This document shows positions 23,001 through 38,300 of a DNA stretch of 64,000 bases, one piece after another; position 1 is the stretch's first letter; every line of letters begins with the position of its first letter. The notes beneath the pieces are model-generated. The model did not search any database and had not been told where the DNA came from. It was given only the letters and a program-made list of their open reading frames with translations. The translations under genes and the position numbers were made by a program. Source of the DNA: Saccostrea echinata (taxonomy: Eukaryota); NCBI RefSeq assembly GCF_033153115.1, contig NW_026889805.1:8246001-8310000 (forward strand), read 5' to 3'.

Positions 23001-26000
23001 CTTGTCTGATGCAGCTGTACTTTAACCACAAAGAGAAAAATACCCATAGATTTTTAAGATTCATTAATCAAAATACCAGTGTTATTATTTATTTCATTAT
23101 GGATATGCTCTTTCAGATTTTCCTTAATTGCAAGAATTTCAGTAAGTGATTCAATGTCATTCATATTTCCATTATTTTGTACCTTAGAGGGTCAACAAAC
23201 TTCATCACTTAATTAAGTACATTGTAAGTGTATCTTATATTTGCTCAAATTAATGCCAAGGGATAAAGAAATTAAAAAAAGATAGCAGCACTTGATTACT
23301 AAGTTTTCCTTTGCATTTACTTTGAGGGGGAAATATATTGGGAAAAATGGGGGGGGGGGGGTCAGCATTCATTATGCTCCTTCTTTGAAAAAGTCTGCAT
23401 CTTTGCCTGTACAGTATCTTTATTTTCCAGTAAGATAATTAAAATAGAGATGAAATATTTATTTAAGCTTAACTGAGTATCATCAAGTAGGGAATGTCAA
23501 ATACACCTCAGATAAGATCTGTGCATAAGTGCCTTTTGGATACCACTGAGTAGGGCCTTTTGACTACCACTTGGTGGTGCCTATTTGGTACCATTGAATG
23601 AGGCCTGTCTGATCTCACTCAGTAGGGTCTGCCTGGTACTACTCAGTAGGGCTGTTGAAGAGGGTAAATCCTATGGGACCAACCATTTTTGCATCTGAGT
23701 GTATTGGATTAGTATTGGGGACCGAGGACATGTTGTGTCATACTTTGACACCTGAGCTCCAAACAAAGCTATCTAGATTTGGAGCAATGAAGGACAACAG
23801 CTATATACAGTAGCGTGACATGTAAATGGGTGGCAGGACAATATAAAATTACTCTTGTTAAATAGCTACATCCAAACAACAACAACAAAATACAGAGGAA
23901 AGCGACTTTTATGGTACATTAAATGTAGGAATTAAGGGATATAGTGGGGTCTTCTATTTAGTTTTTAACATTGGTGTGGGATATACTGTTACAGTTTCTT
24001 GTAATTGATACATTTCTGACAAAACTAGGACAAAACTAGGACAACTGACATTGTAATAGCGGGAAGTTTGGGTAGTGAAAGATGAAAGAGTTAGGGTAAA
24101 CCTTGTACAATAATACAATCCAACATGCTAAGCTTGTGAAGGGATGAATAGTTCTTTAAAACAAAATCTGATAAAATCGCATATATTAGGATTTTGCCAA
24201 AGTTTAAGACAGCATTTGTCACTAGGAATATATATATATATTACCACTGATTTGATTTTTAGCAAATGGATTTAAGACTGTTACTTCAATGTTTTGCTGA
24301 CATGACAATGGCAAGAGACATTTGCAGAGAAACTTAAAATTTTAAAGAACTTTGGAGATATTGTAAAACTTGAGATTTATTCCTTGTAAAATGAAGAGGC
24401 AATCCAGTCTGAACTATGTGGATTATATGAAACTTGTCAGGTGAATTGTTATATTTGTTTCGAAAGTTTTTATAATTGCTTTTTCTTCAGAGAAATACAC
24501 AATATAAGTGTAAAAATGTTTCTTTTTGCCTTATTGGGAAAGTTGTCTACCAGACTTTGTTTCTGCCTTATTGAGAAAGTTGTCTATCACACTTAGTGTC
24601 TGCCTTATTGAGAAAGTTGTCTACCACACTTAGTTTCTGCCTTATTGAGAAAGTTGTCTACCACACTTAGTTTCTGCCTTATTGAGAAAGTTGTCTACCA
24701 CACTTAGTTTCTGCCTGATTGAGAAAGTTGTCAACAAGACTTAGTTTCTGCCTTATTGAGAAAGTTGTCTACCAGACTTAGTGGACTGATGTTTCTTTAA
24801 TTTTTAAACAATATTTTATTCACAGATCTAAAAGTGAATAGGATTGTGCAGCAGGCTCAGTCTATTTTAGCCCTCTTCCTAATGATGTTTCCTAACTGAT
24901 GTTTCTTTCTGTCATTTTTGTAAAAGTTGTCTATCAGATTTAGAAGACCGATTTTTTTTCTGTCTTATTGAGAAAGTTGTCTACCAGACTTAGTGGACTG
25001 ATGCAAACTTCAACTGACCAGGGATGGCAAACCAAGAAGAGATTTGGAATACATGGAAAATACTTAAACTTATAAGGAGCTAAAATAAAACTCTTTCTTT
25101 TTCTTTGATTTATCTTTAATAAGAATTCATTCAATTTAGTTACTGGTTAATTTCTCTCTCTGTAATTATGGGACTGTCCATTAAAACATGTCTTTAAAGA
25201 AAATGATGCTTGTGAAAGCTGGAGAGATGGTACTTTATTTCTAACTTGTGTTGCCTTATGACTGGCAGTGCAGACACCAAGTTTAATGTGCAGAGGCATG
25301 CGGTGCAATTGCCATTGTCTAGGAAGCAAACATGGTATTAAATGCAAAGAATGGGAAACTTTGAACAAATAAAAAGCTGCGGTCTATCATACGTTGGCAT
25401 TGCTGATCCCCAGTGTGGGTCCGTCATTAGAAGTTTGTGATCCTTGTGGGCTTAGCTCAATAAGAACCTTTTCACCTCCAATCATGCTGTGATATATAGG
25501 CAGAATGATTCTCAATTTTATAGAAAAATCTTTTCATCATGATCTAACAAAAGCTTATCAATACACTCTGTAACAAGATCTGCATGCATTGTGCATGAGT
25601 TTGTTCATAGACTATCTATAACGTGTATTCCTGTAATCACTAACTTGTTAAGAACCTTGATGTTCCTTAGTATTGCTCCTCTTGTATTAAATTGGTGTCA
25701 ATATTGTTTGTATAAAGTTTCATTTTTATCTTTTCCCCCTTTTCAGTAACCTCAAGTGTTTTTGAAAATATTTCGATAACCCTTCAACAACACCTTCATT
25801 AATAATCTGTGGTTTTATTTCCTCAAACAGGGGGACCTCCAAACTTGAGTCAAGTGTGAAGATTCTTAGGTCTTCTTCATTCCTTCATCGATCACGAGAA
25901 GTCCAGGAACGGGAACGGAACCAGTCTGGGAACCAGGATGACAGCACAAGGACAACAGAAGATCCAAGATCTGCAGAGAAAATGAAGCCAAGGCAACGCA

Positions 26001-29000
26001 GGGTCGAGAGCTTCCAGTATGTAAAACTTTTCAATTTTAAAGAAATCAGTAAAATTTCTGTTTAAACCCATACATGTTGCCCAAATTTAAGTTTGACTAA
26101 AATAGTTACTTTAGCTGATTCTAGTTTAATTAAATCTCAAATCGGTTACTAAGTTGTGTAGACTTAATGATAGAATATTTTACATTTAGTTAACGGTATG
26201 TTAATTTTTGTAATTTAGAAATAATTATAAGTAGTTTAAGAGTGTTGTTTGAATTTAAACTGTACTTTAATGTGACGTGCAAAAAATGATTAATGCCAAT
26301 TTGAGTTATTTACATCATATCATACATCACAGACACGTGTTTTGCTCCTCTGGTTGAAACTTTGTGTATTAGTTTAAATTGAAAATCTTTAAAAGGTTTG
26401 TTTGCTCCATTTTTGCAGTTTGTTCAATGTATTAGTAATTGCTGTAAAATAGATGGCATTAGTGCCCATTTTGGCGCCTGTAGCCTCATAAATTGTGGAC
26501 GTACCCGTGCCGCATACACTTGTGGATCTAGTCCCCTTAGTTCTTCCACAAAGCATTCTTTTTGAGACATTGATAGCCTTTTAACCTTGAATTCTAATTT
26601 ACCCATAATAGCTTGTTATTATATTAGTCAAATATTTTTATGGATGAAAAACTGACAAAAAGATTTAATCAAGTTCCTGTCATGTGCAGTCAAATGCGAA
26701 AAGCCGGCTTTAAGGAATTTCTAAATAATGAAACAGATTTTGAACATGGCCAAGATTTCTGTCCTTGTTGTCAATTATAATGAATATAATTTCTTAACAA
26801 ATATGTCTCAAATCTCTAGTAAAACTATTCTGCATGGACAGAGAATCTATAAGTTTAAATTTTCCTACTTAAAATATTACTGCTCAATAAAATATTACTG
26901 CCCAATAAAATATTACTGCCCGAACATGCTTTTCTTGTTTAACAGAAATAAACAATTTCTACTCAATACTTCTATGTCACCAGTATTAAAGCAAAGTTGG
27001 TAGTTCTAATTATTACAAGGACTGTGCATACAATAATATTGGCCCCAACATTTGTGGTTAAAGCTTCTGTGAATCAGAGATATCTGTTTGGCCTTGTGGG
27101 ATTGCAATGGTAACCTGAGTGTGTTTGATCTTGGGACAGATGACATGATCTGGTAGATATATCCTCGGATGCATGGCTGACCCCATTATATCAGACTATA
27201 ACTACTAAAGCCCACTGCTGTCTGCGGTCTCTGTCAGTGTTCTACTCAGTTCTAAGTTCTGGCTCAGTCACATATACCGAATTTAAACAGTTAAAGCTTA
27301 ATTCACTTAGTTAATCACTGTCAGGTGATCCTAACATTAAAGAAAAATCAAAACAAAAAAAAGAAAACAAAAACATTCACCTGGTTAATTGTCTTGTAAT
27401 AAAATAATAAGTTTATGCGGTTGCTATTTAAGAAGATGTACTGTAACAAGCAAGATAAAGGAACAGCATTGGTAAATAATGAAGCGTGAGACCCTCTAAT
27501 TGGACTTTACGAAATTCTTAATATAAACCATAAAGAAGGCAGCACAAGTCACAATGCCAAATACATTTTATGGCATTGCACCTCTTTGCATCACTGTCTT
27601 GGATAATATTCAAGGAATTTTTATGATGGGTAGATGTTCTTACTGTAATAACATGTGAAAGAGCTGTGAGGTGTCAGTCTAGCAGAATCACAACTCATTA
27701 ATCCATCACCTAGACTGGAATGGAGACAACTTAATATTCTGACATTGGAAGATGTGCATGGGTATCACCAGCTCTCGATTCCTCACTGTGGCAGGTGACA
27801 GGGTGCACCCAGGGCTTGGAATTCTGCTCATGAGGGTTAAGTTTTACCTACAAACAACATGAGTTTGGTGTCGTCTAACCCAGAGACATTGAATGCCACT
27901 GTCTGGAACACTGGCCATTTTCTCGTTCATTACCTGCCTGGCATAAATACTCTTATGTCACTGAGAGCCATGTTGTTTTATTCTGTGACTCTCTACCAAT
28001 AAAAACAAGGAGGACTTCTGATCTGGAAGAAAGTAAACATTCAAATGATGAGGAAGCTAGTAAAATTCAAATGATAAAGACTTATCTGGAAGATACTAAA
28101 CTTTCAAATGACCAAGATTTCTGATCTGGAAGATATTAAAACATTCATATGATCAAGACTTCTGATTTGGAAGATACTAAACTTTCAAATGTAGTGTTGT
28201 GCTCACTTTGATTAAGAATGGGACTTTCAGCCTCAAAACAAAGTAACACTGAGTGTGTGATAGTGGAGTCATGTTCAGTTTTGGAGGAAGACAAAGATTG
28301 TGGTGTAGAGGATCCCTCAGACTCTTCTCATAATGAGTAAGTTTACACCACTGTATTCTACTCCGATTGAGGCTGATTTAAATCAGAAAGGGTGTACATG
28401 GCCGATTTCAATACATCAATAGTTTATGATGGCATATGGCATTGAACAAGTGTCAAAAAAGCTGCTTTGATTTCAAGTTTGATGACTTTTAAGGACCTTT
28501 TTGTTAGAAATAAGAATTCGGTTACTCTGTTACATGTATATCAAAATATATCCAGCCCACTCTGTCCTTGACTCTTGGCTACCAGGCTGTTTGATGGTTC
28601 AACCCCAATGAAGACCATTGAAAGGCAATGTTATAAATGTTGTATGAAATTATTCCATCAGTATACTTTTTAACTTGAACAAATTGAGCAATTCAATGTC
28701 TCATCAACTTTTTTCCACATTTCATATTGATAATTATCAATATATGATAGAGTTTATAAAATATGAGGAAACCTTTATTAAAAATAATCATTTGACCAAA
28801 AGTTAAGGCCATAATTTAAAGGAATTTTTAATAATGATACATATTTATCTTTCAAATAAATTGGCAAAGCAATCAAATTAAATTTCTGTATCTTTGTTAT
28901 TTCATGAAGTATTTATGAAATTCTGATTTATTATGTGGTAAAATGTATTTTTAATTTCTAGAGGCAGTAGGGGGCACATGATTTAAAGGTAAATTTTGGA

Positions 29001-29409
29001 ATTGGGGGGCCTATAATGAGGCAGCCCACTATTATACACATTCACTACTTTAAGTTTCTGTAAAAGTCAGTGTGTGTTCACTTTCAGAAAATAATGAATA
29101 GCATAATTTAGTGTCGATGTTTCATGATAATTGTTGGGCAGACATGCAGCTGTTTTGAAAGAGTCTTACTAAGGGAGTTAACTCTTGACCCTACTTGCCA
29201 AACCTCATCTTTTTATTCTTTTCAGTTACTGTCAGCTCACTTGTATGGGAAAAAACAAAACATGTCATGGAAGAGAGAACTGTCCCTTACTCATTTATTT
29301 GTACATAATTTTAAATATCTGTAATAATTAATATTTAGAATCCAGGGGAATGGCTCATGTATTGCCTTCAGCCACCCAAGAACTATAATAATGAATAAGT
29401 GTATAAAGT

Positions 29410-29499
<90 letters not shown>

Positions 29500-32273
29500 C
29501 AACTTAATGATATTATGCTGAACTTCCCCAAAGTTCAACAAGAAATAATATGTCATGGGATGGCTTTACTGTGTACATGTGACCTTTAACTTTCTTCCAA
29601 TGAATAAAAGGTGGAGGATAAATTACAAGGTAGAAAATCATTGATCACACCTTAGATCATATTACCAGTATAAGCAGTACTGCCAAAAATAGGGAAAAAA
29701 ATACTAATATAAAGATCGAGATCTCAATTTCCCCTCTGTTAGTCATATATACAGCCATGTCTATAGTCTGTGTTTGGACTAAAGGCCAGAAAAAGATTTA
29801 TTTATAGTACAACAAGAAATATTTCAATCAATGAGAGGTTAAGATTTTAATAATTACTTGCAGATCAGTATTGATGGATTGCGGATCAGATTTGCTTCCC
29901 CTTATCAGCTTATAAATGTTGCAGTCAAGATGGAAAAGAGCTTACTATAGGCTTAAATTAGATAGCAAGGCAAATTATGTGTAGATATGTAGAAATTGAC
30001 AAAATATTTGATCTACACTTCTAATTGGGTCCTGTGTACTTATTGTGTTGATTTAGGATCAGAGATCTTTCAAACACCTGGTTATCTTGAGGGTAGATTT
30101 ATCGTGGGACAAAATTCACTCCCCAAAAAACTATAGCTTTAAAAATATAGTCTCCTATATTCCACCCTTGTACCCACAAGTGAAAATAGCAATGAAATCA
30201 CACCTGTCTGTGTTGAAGCGAATCAACTGTGTGCCTTGTCATCAAATTCAGTCAAGACACGCCTCCTTCTGGTGGCATTTTATTTCCTAATAACTTAGCG
30301 TATACTTACAGGTAGCTAATGTACATCAGTGATGAGCCATTTGTCATAGATTAAAGGTACTTTTCACTATATATTTAGACAGCCGGAAATAGCATAACTC
30401 TATTCTCAAGTTTATAGAGACAAAGAAATCTGAAATTTTCTTGGGACTAGTCATTGAGATCTGGGAGACATATTTGTGTAGGATAATATTGGATCGAAGT
30501 GTGTGTGTACAGTGTGAGGGAGACATTTACCTTTATACAGGTAAGAAACCATACAATAACAAGAATATGGTCATTACTGAGGATTTGATGACAGTCAGTG
30601 AAAAGCAGTTTGACTTTTGTATTTTTGTTCAGATAAATCTATGTAGATACACATTTCTTCACCTAATCAAAGCTAGACATGCAAACGGATGATTTCTTCC
30701 TACCTGTAATAGTGTGACCCCCTTAAGGGAAGGCAGAAATCAGCTGATCATGGATGGTAGAATTGATACTGTTTATATCCATGTGTACCAGTCACCTTGA
30801 ATGACTTCAGTGTAACATCTACTGATGAGAAAAATTGAAGACAAATAATCAAATTATTGATATATTTGGTGACACTCATGTTCAAATGAATCCATTTGTA
30901 AGGATTTGTGACATTCAAACCACTTTTAATTATTGTTATAAAATCAGCATGTCGTAAACAAATTTATAACAGGTACATGAAAACATAGTGTGTTCATGCA
31001 TTTGGTGATAATATTTTTGACAATATATATAAGTATTCTGTCCTTCAGTGGTCAAAACATACAAAGAAATCCCTCTCTCTTTCTCTCAATCTCTCTCAAA
31101 GATCAACTTGATTTTTGAGACAATATACTTATATTTTGCATGTCATGATAACTTTGCTGATTAATCTTTTGTTCTTTATGTTTGAAGTTTAAACTGGGTC
31201 AGGAGCACCAATAAGCTTTGTGCTTTGTCATTGCTGGATGGGTTTTTGGCTTGTTTAATGAAGGCTGACCCTGATAATGGCCTGTAACTACTAGTGGGAT
31301 CCTTCAAATAAGAATATCAATGTTCAAACTTAATGACTTTGTTTGTAGGGAGGTTAAATAAAAAGGCTTTCTGGCTAGGGACAGGTTTCCGGACATTTTG
31401 GTTTTGTCTCTCAGTTGTGGCCCTCATTGCCATGTTGATTTAGGATCTTGTCCGGAATTGGACCAGTACACTAGTTCTTAATCTGCCGAAGTTTGGAATT
31501 TGTGATTTTGTTTTCAGAGTAAGGAACTTGTTTAGAAGTGTTTTGGTAGTTTGGCATACTTACTTTCTATGCGTTTGTTGATTGCTAAGAGGCAAACATT
31601 CTTGTCATTTCTTATGTATTTTGTCAGGGGACATGATGTTCCTCTGGGTGACAATGGCATGCAGGAAATTCTCTGTTTTGTAGTTTCCGCTGTGAAAAAT
31701 CATTTGTCTACTTAAATAATCACGCATGTCTGCAATCAATTACTTTACATCATTGAAAAGTTATTTATATTGATTTGAAATTTCTTTTAACCTGTCAAAC
31801 TGACAATAAATCAACTTGTAGAGGAATTGAAAAATTTATTGGAGCAGAATTCACATTTCTTTTTAAGGTAACATTTTACCTGAGTCTAAGACGTTAGTCA
31901 TTACTACGCCATGCTTTATTGGTGTAATTAATTAAGACAAGATGTTTTTTTGGTCGTATTTTATAATACAGTTAGGGTCAAAGAGAACAGGATAAAAAGA
32001 TTGGCCTCTATCAAAATATCACAGCTTATTTTCCAAATCAATAAATCTCACACACTCCCATTATAATTACAAATTAATTAAATACAAGGTTCATTTAGTG
32101 CAGGTTTTGTGGCATACTTAACAGTTTAATGTTTAAAGATTTTGTTGGTGAAAGTAGCTCAGCATGTTATTTCTTTTTTCGAAAAATTAGTGATTATAAG
32201 TTAGAGATATTGATTCATTTTCTAGTCTGGCTGTTTGATGTGAAAGTACCAATATAAATGTTTGCCTCAAGAG

Positions 32274-32315
<42 letters not shown>

Positions 32316-35300
32316 GAAAAATAGAAGTTAAAATTCAAAGTACAATATGATCTTAAAAAGTTTTAAGTTTTTAATGTTTTTCTTGAATCTCCATAAAAAA
32401 TATTTTCGACAGATTTATTTTTGTTATCTTTTTTTTAACTTTTTTTTTTTGGTGAAACATGAAAAACAATTTAATGTTTAAATTAAATTCACACAGGAAA
32501 TGTTGGTGTACTATTGCTTTATCTTGGAGAGGAGAGATCAGAATCGTTTTTTTACATGTGTACTGAGGGGGATATTGTTCTTTTCCAGTCGTCCATGGTA
32601 CACCTATTGTCAAATAAACCTTCAGTGCACAGAACAACACGACCTTGGTCATTGAAATGTAAACATTATTCGGATAAATACAATAATATCAAATTACATT
32701 TATTTAACTTTTATATGACTTTATGTTACAAACTTAATATTTTTTTCAGATTTAATTTATAATTAGAATAAATTTCAACATTTTTCATTTGCATTAAAAA
32801 AAAGGTTAATTGGAGTAAATATGAAATGTTAAAAATATATGTTAAAAAAAAATCACCTTAATTAGTAGCATGATAAGCTACCGCAACAGGTTTTTTTTTT
32901 TATCTGCTAAATTTGTCAAAATATTTTAACAACCTCCCCAAATCCTATATCTTAGATCCACACCTGACATACATCTTATATTTTTTTAAATAAGTGTCTG
33001 GTATGATTAAGTCACACTATTATCAAGAGACATAAATTACACTATTTACATCTCTGTATTATCAAAGTTTCTCAGATAAAAGTTAGACTTTATGGGAATA
33101 TTTTTGTAACTTTCCATAGATGGGTTTTATAATAATAATTTATTATACATGTATGTTTATTGATGTACAAAACCCATTTTGAAAACAAAAACTAAATTTC
33201 TCTAGAGATTTAGTATTTATCTTATTACTGCTATAAATTTAAATTAGAGGTGACAGCTACTCGTTATTGATGGTATTTCTGATAAAAACACCCAGGGGTC
33301 AACTGCACGAATTTATGTTCGGATATCAATAGTCTGACCGTCTAATCTCTATAATTCTTCTTACGTTGATACTTCCTCCTGCGTTCAGGTGAGATTCCCA
33401 TCTTACCTGTCTGAAGAAAATCAAAATAGTCGAATGATCGTAAGTACGCAAGTGTTTATTCCTTTTGTTTGGATTATTTCAGAGTATTTGAAAGGTGAGG
33501 ATTTTTTGTCTATCAAATATTAACGTGTACAGGATACATAAAGTAAGCCACCTGTGCGAAATCAACACTGATCAATTCGGAACACACCTACCCGCTCTGT
33601 TTACAAGCTTCCTAATCGTGAAGATGAAAATGTACAAATTAAACTGTTTAGTAAGAGAAAATACAAAATATTTATTTCTAATTTTCCAGTTTTATGTGGA
33701 TTATTAAGTCAAAAATGGATAAGGACAGGGAGCAGTATATTAATTGGATAGGCATACCATTTTAAACAGCAGTTCAATTTAGATTTCAGATAACATGAAA
33801 AAAAGAGAAGAATACTGAAATTATAAAAAAAAAAAAAGAAGAATTTCATTTTTATGTATGAAGTAGTATTTAGAAAATGACCAGAAGATGCAATTTTTAA
33901 AATTTGTTCAAAGAGAACAATTAAGTTATGTTGATGAGGATGGTGGGAATATGTAATCTATGATTTTTTTCTGTTTATTGTCAATAAAGTCAGATATACA
34001 TTTTTCATTGAATTCTTAAAGCTTTAGTTGAATTTCCCTCTCCCTCTTATTAAATATAGATCTTAATTTTCTAGCCTATTTTACATGTTGAAACAATGTG
34101 ACCACCTCAAGAGGTGTGAACACTGAGGTCAGTTGATACAAGTATTTACTTTTGAGATTTAAGTCAAAAATCTTAAACATTGGTCTCCTACTGGCAATTT
34201 ATTCTTAAGAAGAGAAACTGTCAACACATTTTAATCAAACTTGGTGGATTCATTGTTTACACAACAAAGATCCTATCAGGATATGTTTGTGCTAGTCCTT
34301 AGTTCTAGCCATTTACCACTTAACTGTGTTGGATAAATAAGTGTAACTTAGAATGAATTTAGTGTATAGAGGGAGAAGTTTCTTGCAGTGAGACGATAAT
34401 AACAAGCAGAAGGGGCCTTTATATTACCCATTTAATATGTTTATTATATCACTGACATTTAAATCTAAGTTTTAAGTCACAGTGGTTATATGTAATTATT
34501 TCACTGACCATAGATAGACCTGGTGTTTGCGTAGCATAGGCATACATGAAGGTTCAAGGTAAAAGCCTGTATATTACTTTTCTTTTTCTTTGTTATTAAA
34601 AATCAAGTAATTCATAAACAGTCAAGTTTTAGACAGACATATAAGTGTCATTTGGAATGACAGTGGTTGTTAGTACAGTTGTTTCAAAAATATAAAATAA
34701 ACTTTCAAATGACTTTTGAACCCAGTGGTTTGGATGGTCTCTATTTTATGCAAATATTAATGCTAAAGAAAATTTTTATGTGAATTTGTTTTGTTTTGTT
34801 TTATTATTATTATTTTTTTGGTGGGAAAAGGGGGGAGGGGGGGGGGTTGTTGTTGTACAGGGTAGACTGGTCATGACTCTTTTAAGTAAATTCACTTTAG
34901 CTGACTTGCTTGTCCCCCCTTCATCTTGACATAAAAGAATATACTATTTTAGTGTTGCAAATTGGGCTATTATTTAAATTATTCATTAAATTTGCCATTT
35001 GCAAACAGAGTTTAATTACCAGCATTCTTGACAGTGAATAAGAAATGTGATGTAATTGCACTGATATCGAATAAAGAACTAGACAACATTATGTGCACAT
35101 TATCAAATATTTAAACTCTTTTGTGGTCTAAAAAAGGTCCACATTCCTGGTGTCAAATTAAAAGATGTGATTGATCTCCAGGGCTGGTTTGTACACAACT
35201 TTTAAATGGATAGGAATATAAAACATATGATGAAATATTAATTTTTTACAAACAGTTTGCTGGCTGTAGTGTTTTTCCAGTCGGAGAACTAGTTACATGT

Positions 35301-38300
35301 TCGGATTAATTCGATTCTTTGATGGTAATTGTACAGTTTATGTTATACAATGCCTCCTAATTAAGGTCTTCTTTGATAGGTTTGCATGTTGTGCTTTAAC
35401 GTTTATATGATATGAGGACTTTCTCCATTATAGGTATTACAATGGTTGGCTGGACAATAAAAAAATTCACATACCTTTTCCAAATCCCCCCTGGCAGAAC
35501 ATAAGTGTGTAGATGTGATATGCAGTGTTTATTTGTCAATTTTTGGATTTAAATTTTATGAAAATTGCTTTTTCTGTTAGGTGTTTGAAAGATTTTTGAA
35601 TCTCAGTTGGTGTGGTCTCTGCAGAGAGAGTTGGGCCAACATTTTTTGGCTAGAGTACAGAGTGAAATTGATTAAATATAGCTTAGAATCTGTTTGTATG
35701 TGATTACTTACCTACATGCATTATTGATATTTTATATTTTATTCTGTGCACTATTGATTGGGCTGTTCTGACTCTTTGTGATGCAAGTTAACGAAGAAGG
35801 GAGACCAGGTTCTCCACTCAGGTGAGGCTGATGATCACTCACAGGTGTATATCGTGTGCTTCACGTCATTTCTCATCATGAAGTAAAACATCCATTGTAG
35901 TGAAGAAGGGAACATATTAAATAGGTATGTCTCCCTGAGACTGCATTTCTAAGCTTTTTCATTCAGACCCTGTAGGGATTGTATTTGTTATTGTGTGTTC
36001 CCCTACTGAGCAATTCAGAATATGTGTCAAGAGAGAGACTAATGAAGTCGAGGAATAGTTACAAAAAGGAGTCATTTCACCCCTGATTTGTCTCTTGTCA
36101 CATTTGTCTGGACATTGCTGAGAAGTAATTTGACCTAGTTCATTGGTTGATATAGATTGACACTATGTATGCTACTAAACATTTTATATCAGGCAGTAAA
36201 GAAATAACATCTCTAAAAGATGAGTACAGTATAATGTAATGAAAATGCATTTATGATCTTCAATTTGATCATGACCTGAGTATAAAATAGATTTAATCCA
36301 TACACAATCTTTTTCTTTTGAAGTTATACATGGTATTGGTGCCAGAACCAAATTCAGTACAGGTTGTTTGTGTTTGTATGTGGTTAGATTGTCATTAAAC
36401 CATAAACGGACTGTTCCTCTCAATCCAATGCACTAATGTCTTCCAAGTCATTGTCCAGGGGTAATTAATGATTAGTAATGCATTGATGATGACCTTATTC
36501 ATGTTATTGTTTTACTGCTATTTAATTAAGGTCTGGTAGTGCACAGTCCAGTGTGCCATAGCCTCTTGACAGATGAACATGCATAGTTCTCCCCAAGATT
36601 AGAAGGGGGGCAAATGACCAGTCCATCATTTGTGATATAGACCAAAACCACTGACCAGTGAGAATTTTATGATTGACGTATAGCTGGTAATTGGCAGTTT
36701 GTATAGGTGCTCTGAATAGGAACAATAAAAGTTTCTCCATAAAAACACTACTTCTTCACAGACCGAGTCAGGCCTATACAGGTATCTGTTTAGGTAGAAA
36801 GGATCACTGCTTTGTGGGGAAAGGTCATTTCCCAACCAATTTAATGGTCTGAATGCATTTAGGGCCCACTGCCCTGTATTTGGGTGTCAGCTTTATTTGT
36901 TTTCATGATTACAACTTAATATTGTCACATGCATTCACTATGCAGACACTATGGTGGACACTGTTTACCTTTTGAAACCACCGAGACACAGATTTTTTAT
37001 ATTTTTCTTGAGACAGCTTTTTTACTGTTGCCAGAATGAAGGATTAGATATTGTCTGGTATAGCTGGTGTCTTCTCAGTGGAGAGATTAAAACATAGGAA
37101 ATTTTCTAATCCTTTTTTTCCTTACACACACAGGTAAGAGGATTTGTGCCAGGCACATAATGTAAGGGCAGCTCTTGGCAGAGTGCAGCTGAAAAGTCAG
37201 CTGGTATTCTTTGGGACTGTTTTCACAGTTGCTAAAAGTCAAGTTTTTCTCCCACTACTTGAACTAGCATTAACGGGGCTGGTGAAGGTTTACTTCCGAG
37301 ATTATTTCTTGAATAGGACATTTCTTACTGGACATGTACGCATTGACCAATGTAGGATTGTCCATCCTGGGAAAGTACCAATTAAAACAATTGTATAGAG
37401 TTTGTCTGGTATCATATGGTGAATAAGTACACTGCTTAAGTGTTGTGTTGACCAGTGACTGTTGTATGTATTTTGAACAGTGAATCAAAGGTTAGATGCT
37501 TCTGTGCAATGTGAGTATAATTTTCTTTAGGACAGTTTTTACCTTTTCTTCTGCTGTTTTAAAATGATTAAGGGAACTAGTGGAAAGGTAGCTTGGTGAA
37601 TTTATTTGGAAGAGTTGTTTCTTCTGAAAGCTCTTGATATTCCATGCTACAATAATATCCTGGACCCACCAAAGCTATGTTAATCCCCCTGATACTGCTC
37701 ATTTGAGTTTGATGTATGAGGTATGTAGTTTTAATGATACAGGTGGGTGACAGGGATTTTTATTGACTTTATCTGTATTTGTATAGTGAATGCACTGTGT
37801 GTGTTATCAGAATGACATAACATTAGTGACAGGCAGACAAACAGGCTGTGTGATACCAGGTCCCCATATCTGCTTCATACAACTGAATACTGTCAGGGTT
37901 TAGGGTAACACAAATGGTGTTATGAAATCTTAATTCAATATTTACCTTGTATATCCCAAAGATTGTGTAACGGTCCAAATATTTGTGCCACTGTTCAAGT
38001 TACAAGATATTTGAATGTTAAACCTTTTAAGAAAATTATTACAAGTGAGAAAAATAATTTTTGAGACCTGCGTGTAGGTCACTTGACATTTGAATTAAGT
38101 ACTAAAAACTGGAACATGATTTCTTGTGTATTAGGCAACAAGGAACTGTTAATTTGCATTTCAAAATGGCATGACAATGTGTTTAAGGTGGCATTAAACT
38201 AAGTACATATATTACTTTCTATTTCATTACATGAATCGTGTTTCAGTTTCCTTCTATTTGTGTTAGATTGATGCGTTTTAGCGTGTAATTGGTGGATTGG

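Noticed and set aside
24526-24783. CRISPR-like array (37-bp repeats)
   Set aside because: Units are head-to-tail with no unique spacers, and the context is a eukaryotic intron.
30441-30546. Coding exon ending at the strong donor cag|gtaaga
   Set aside because: No ATG or acceptor in a frame compatible with the phase-2 acceptor; at most a non-coding exon.
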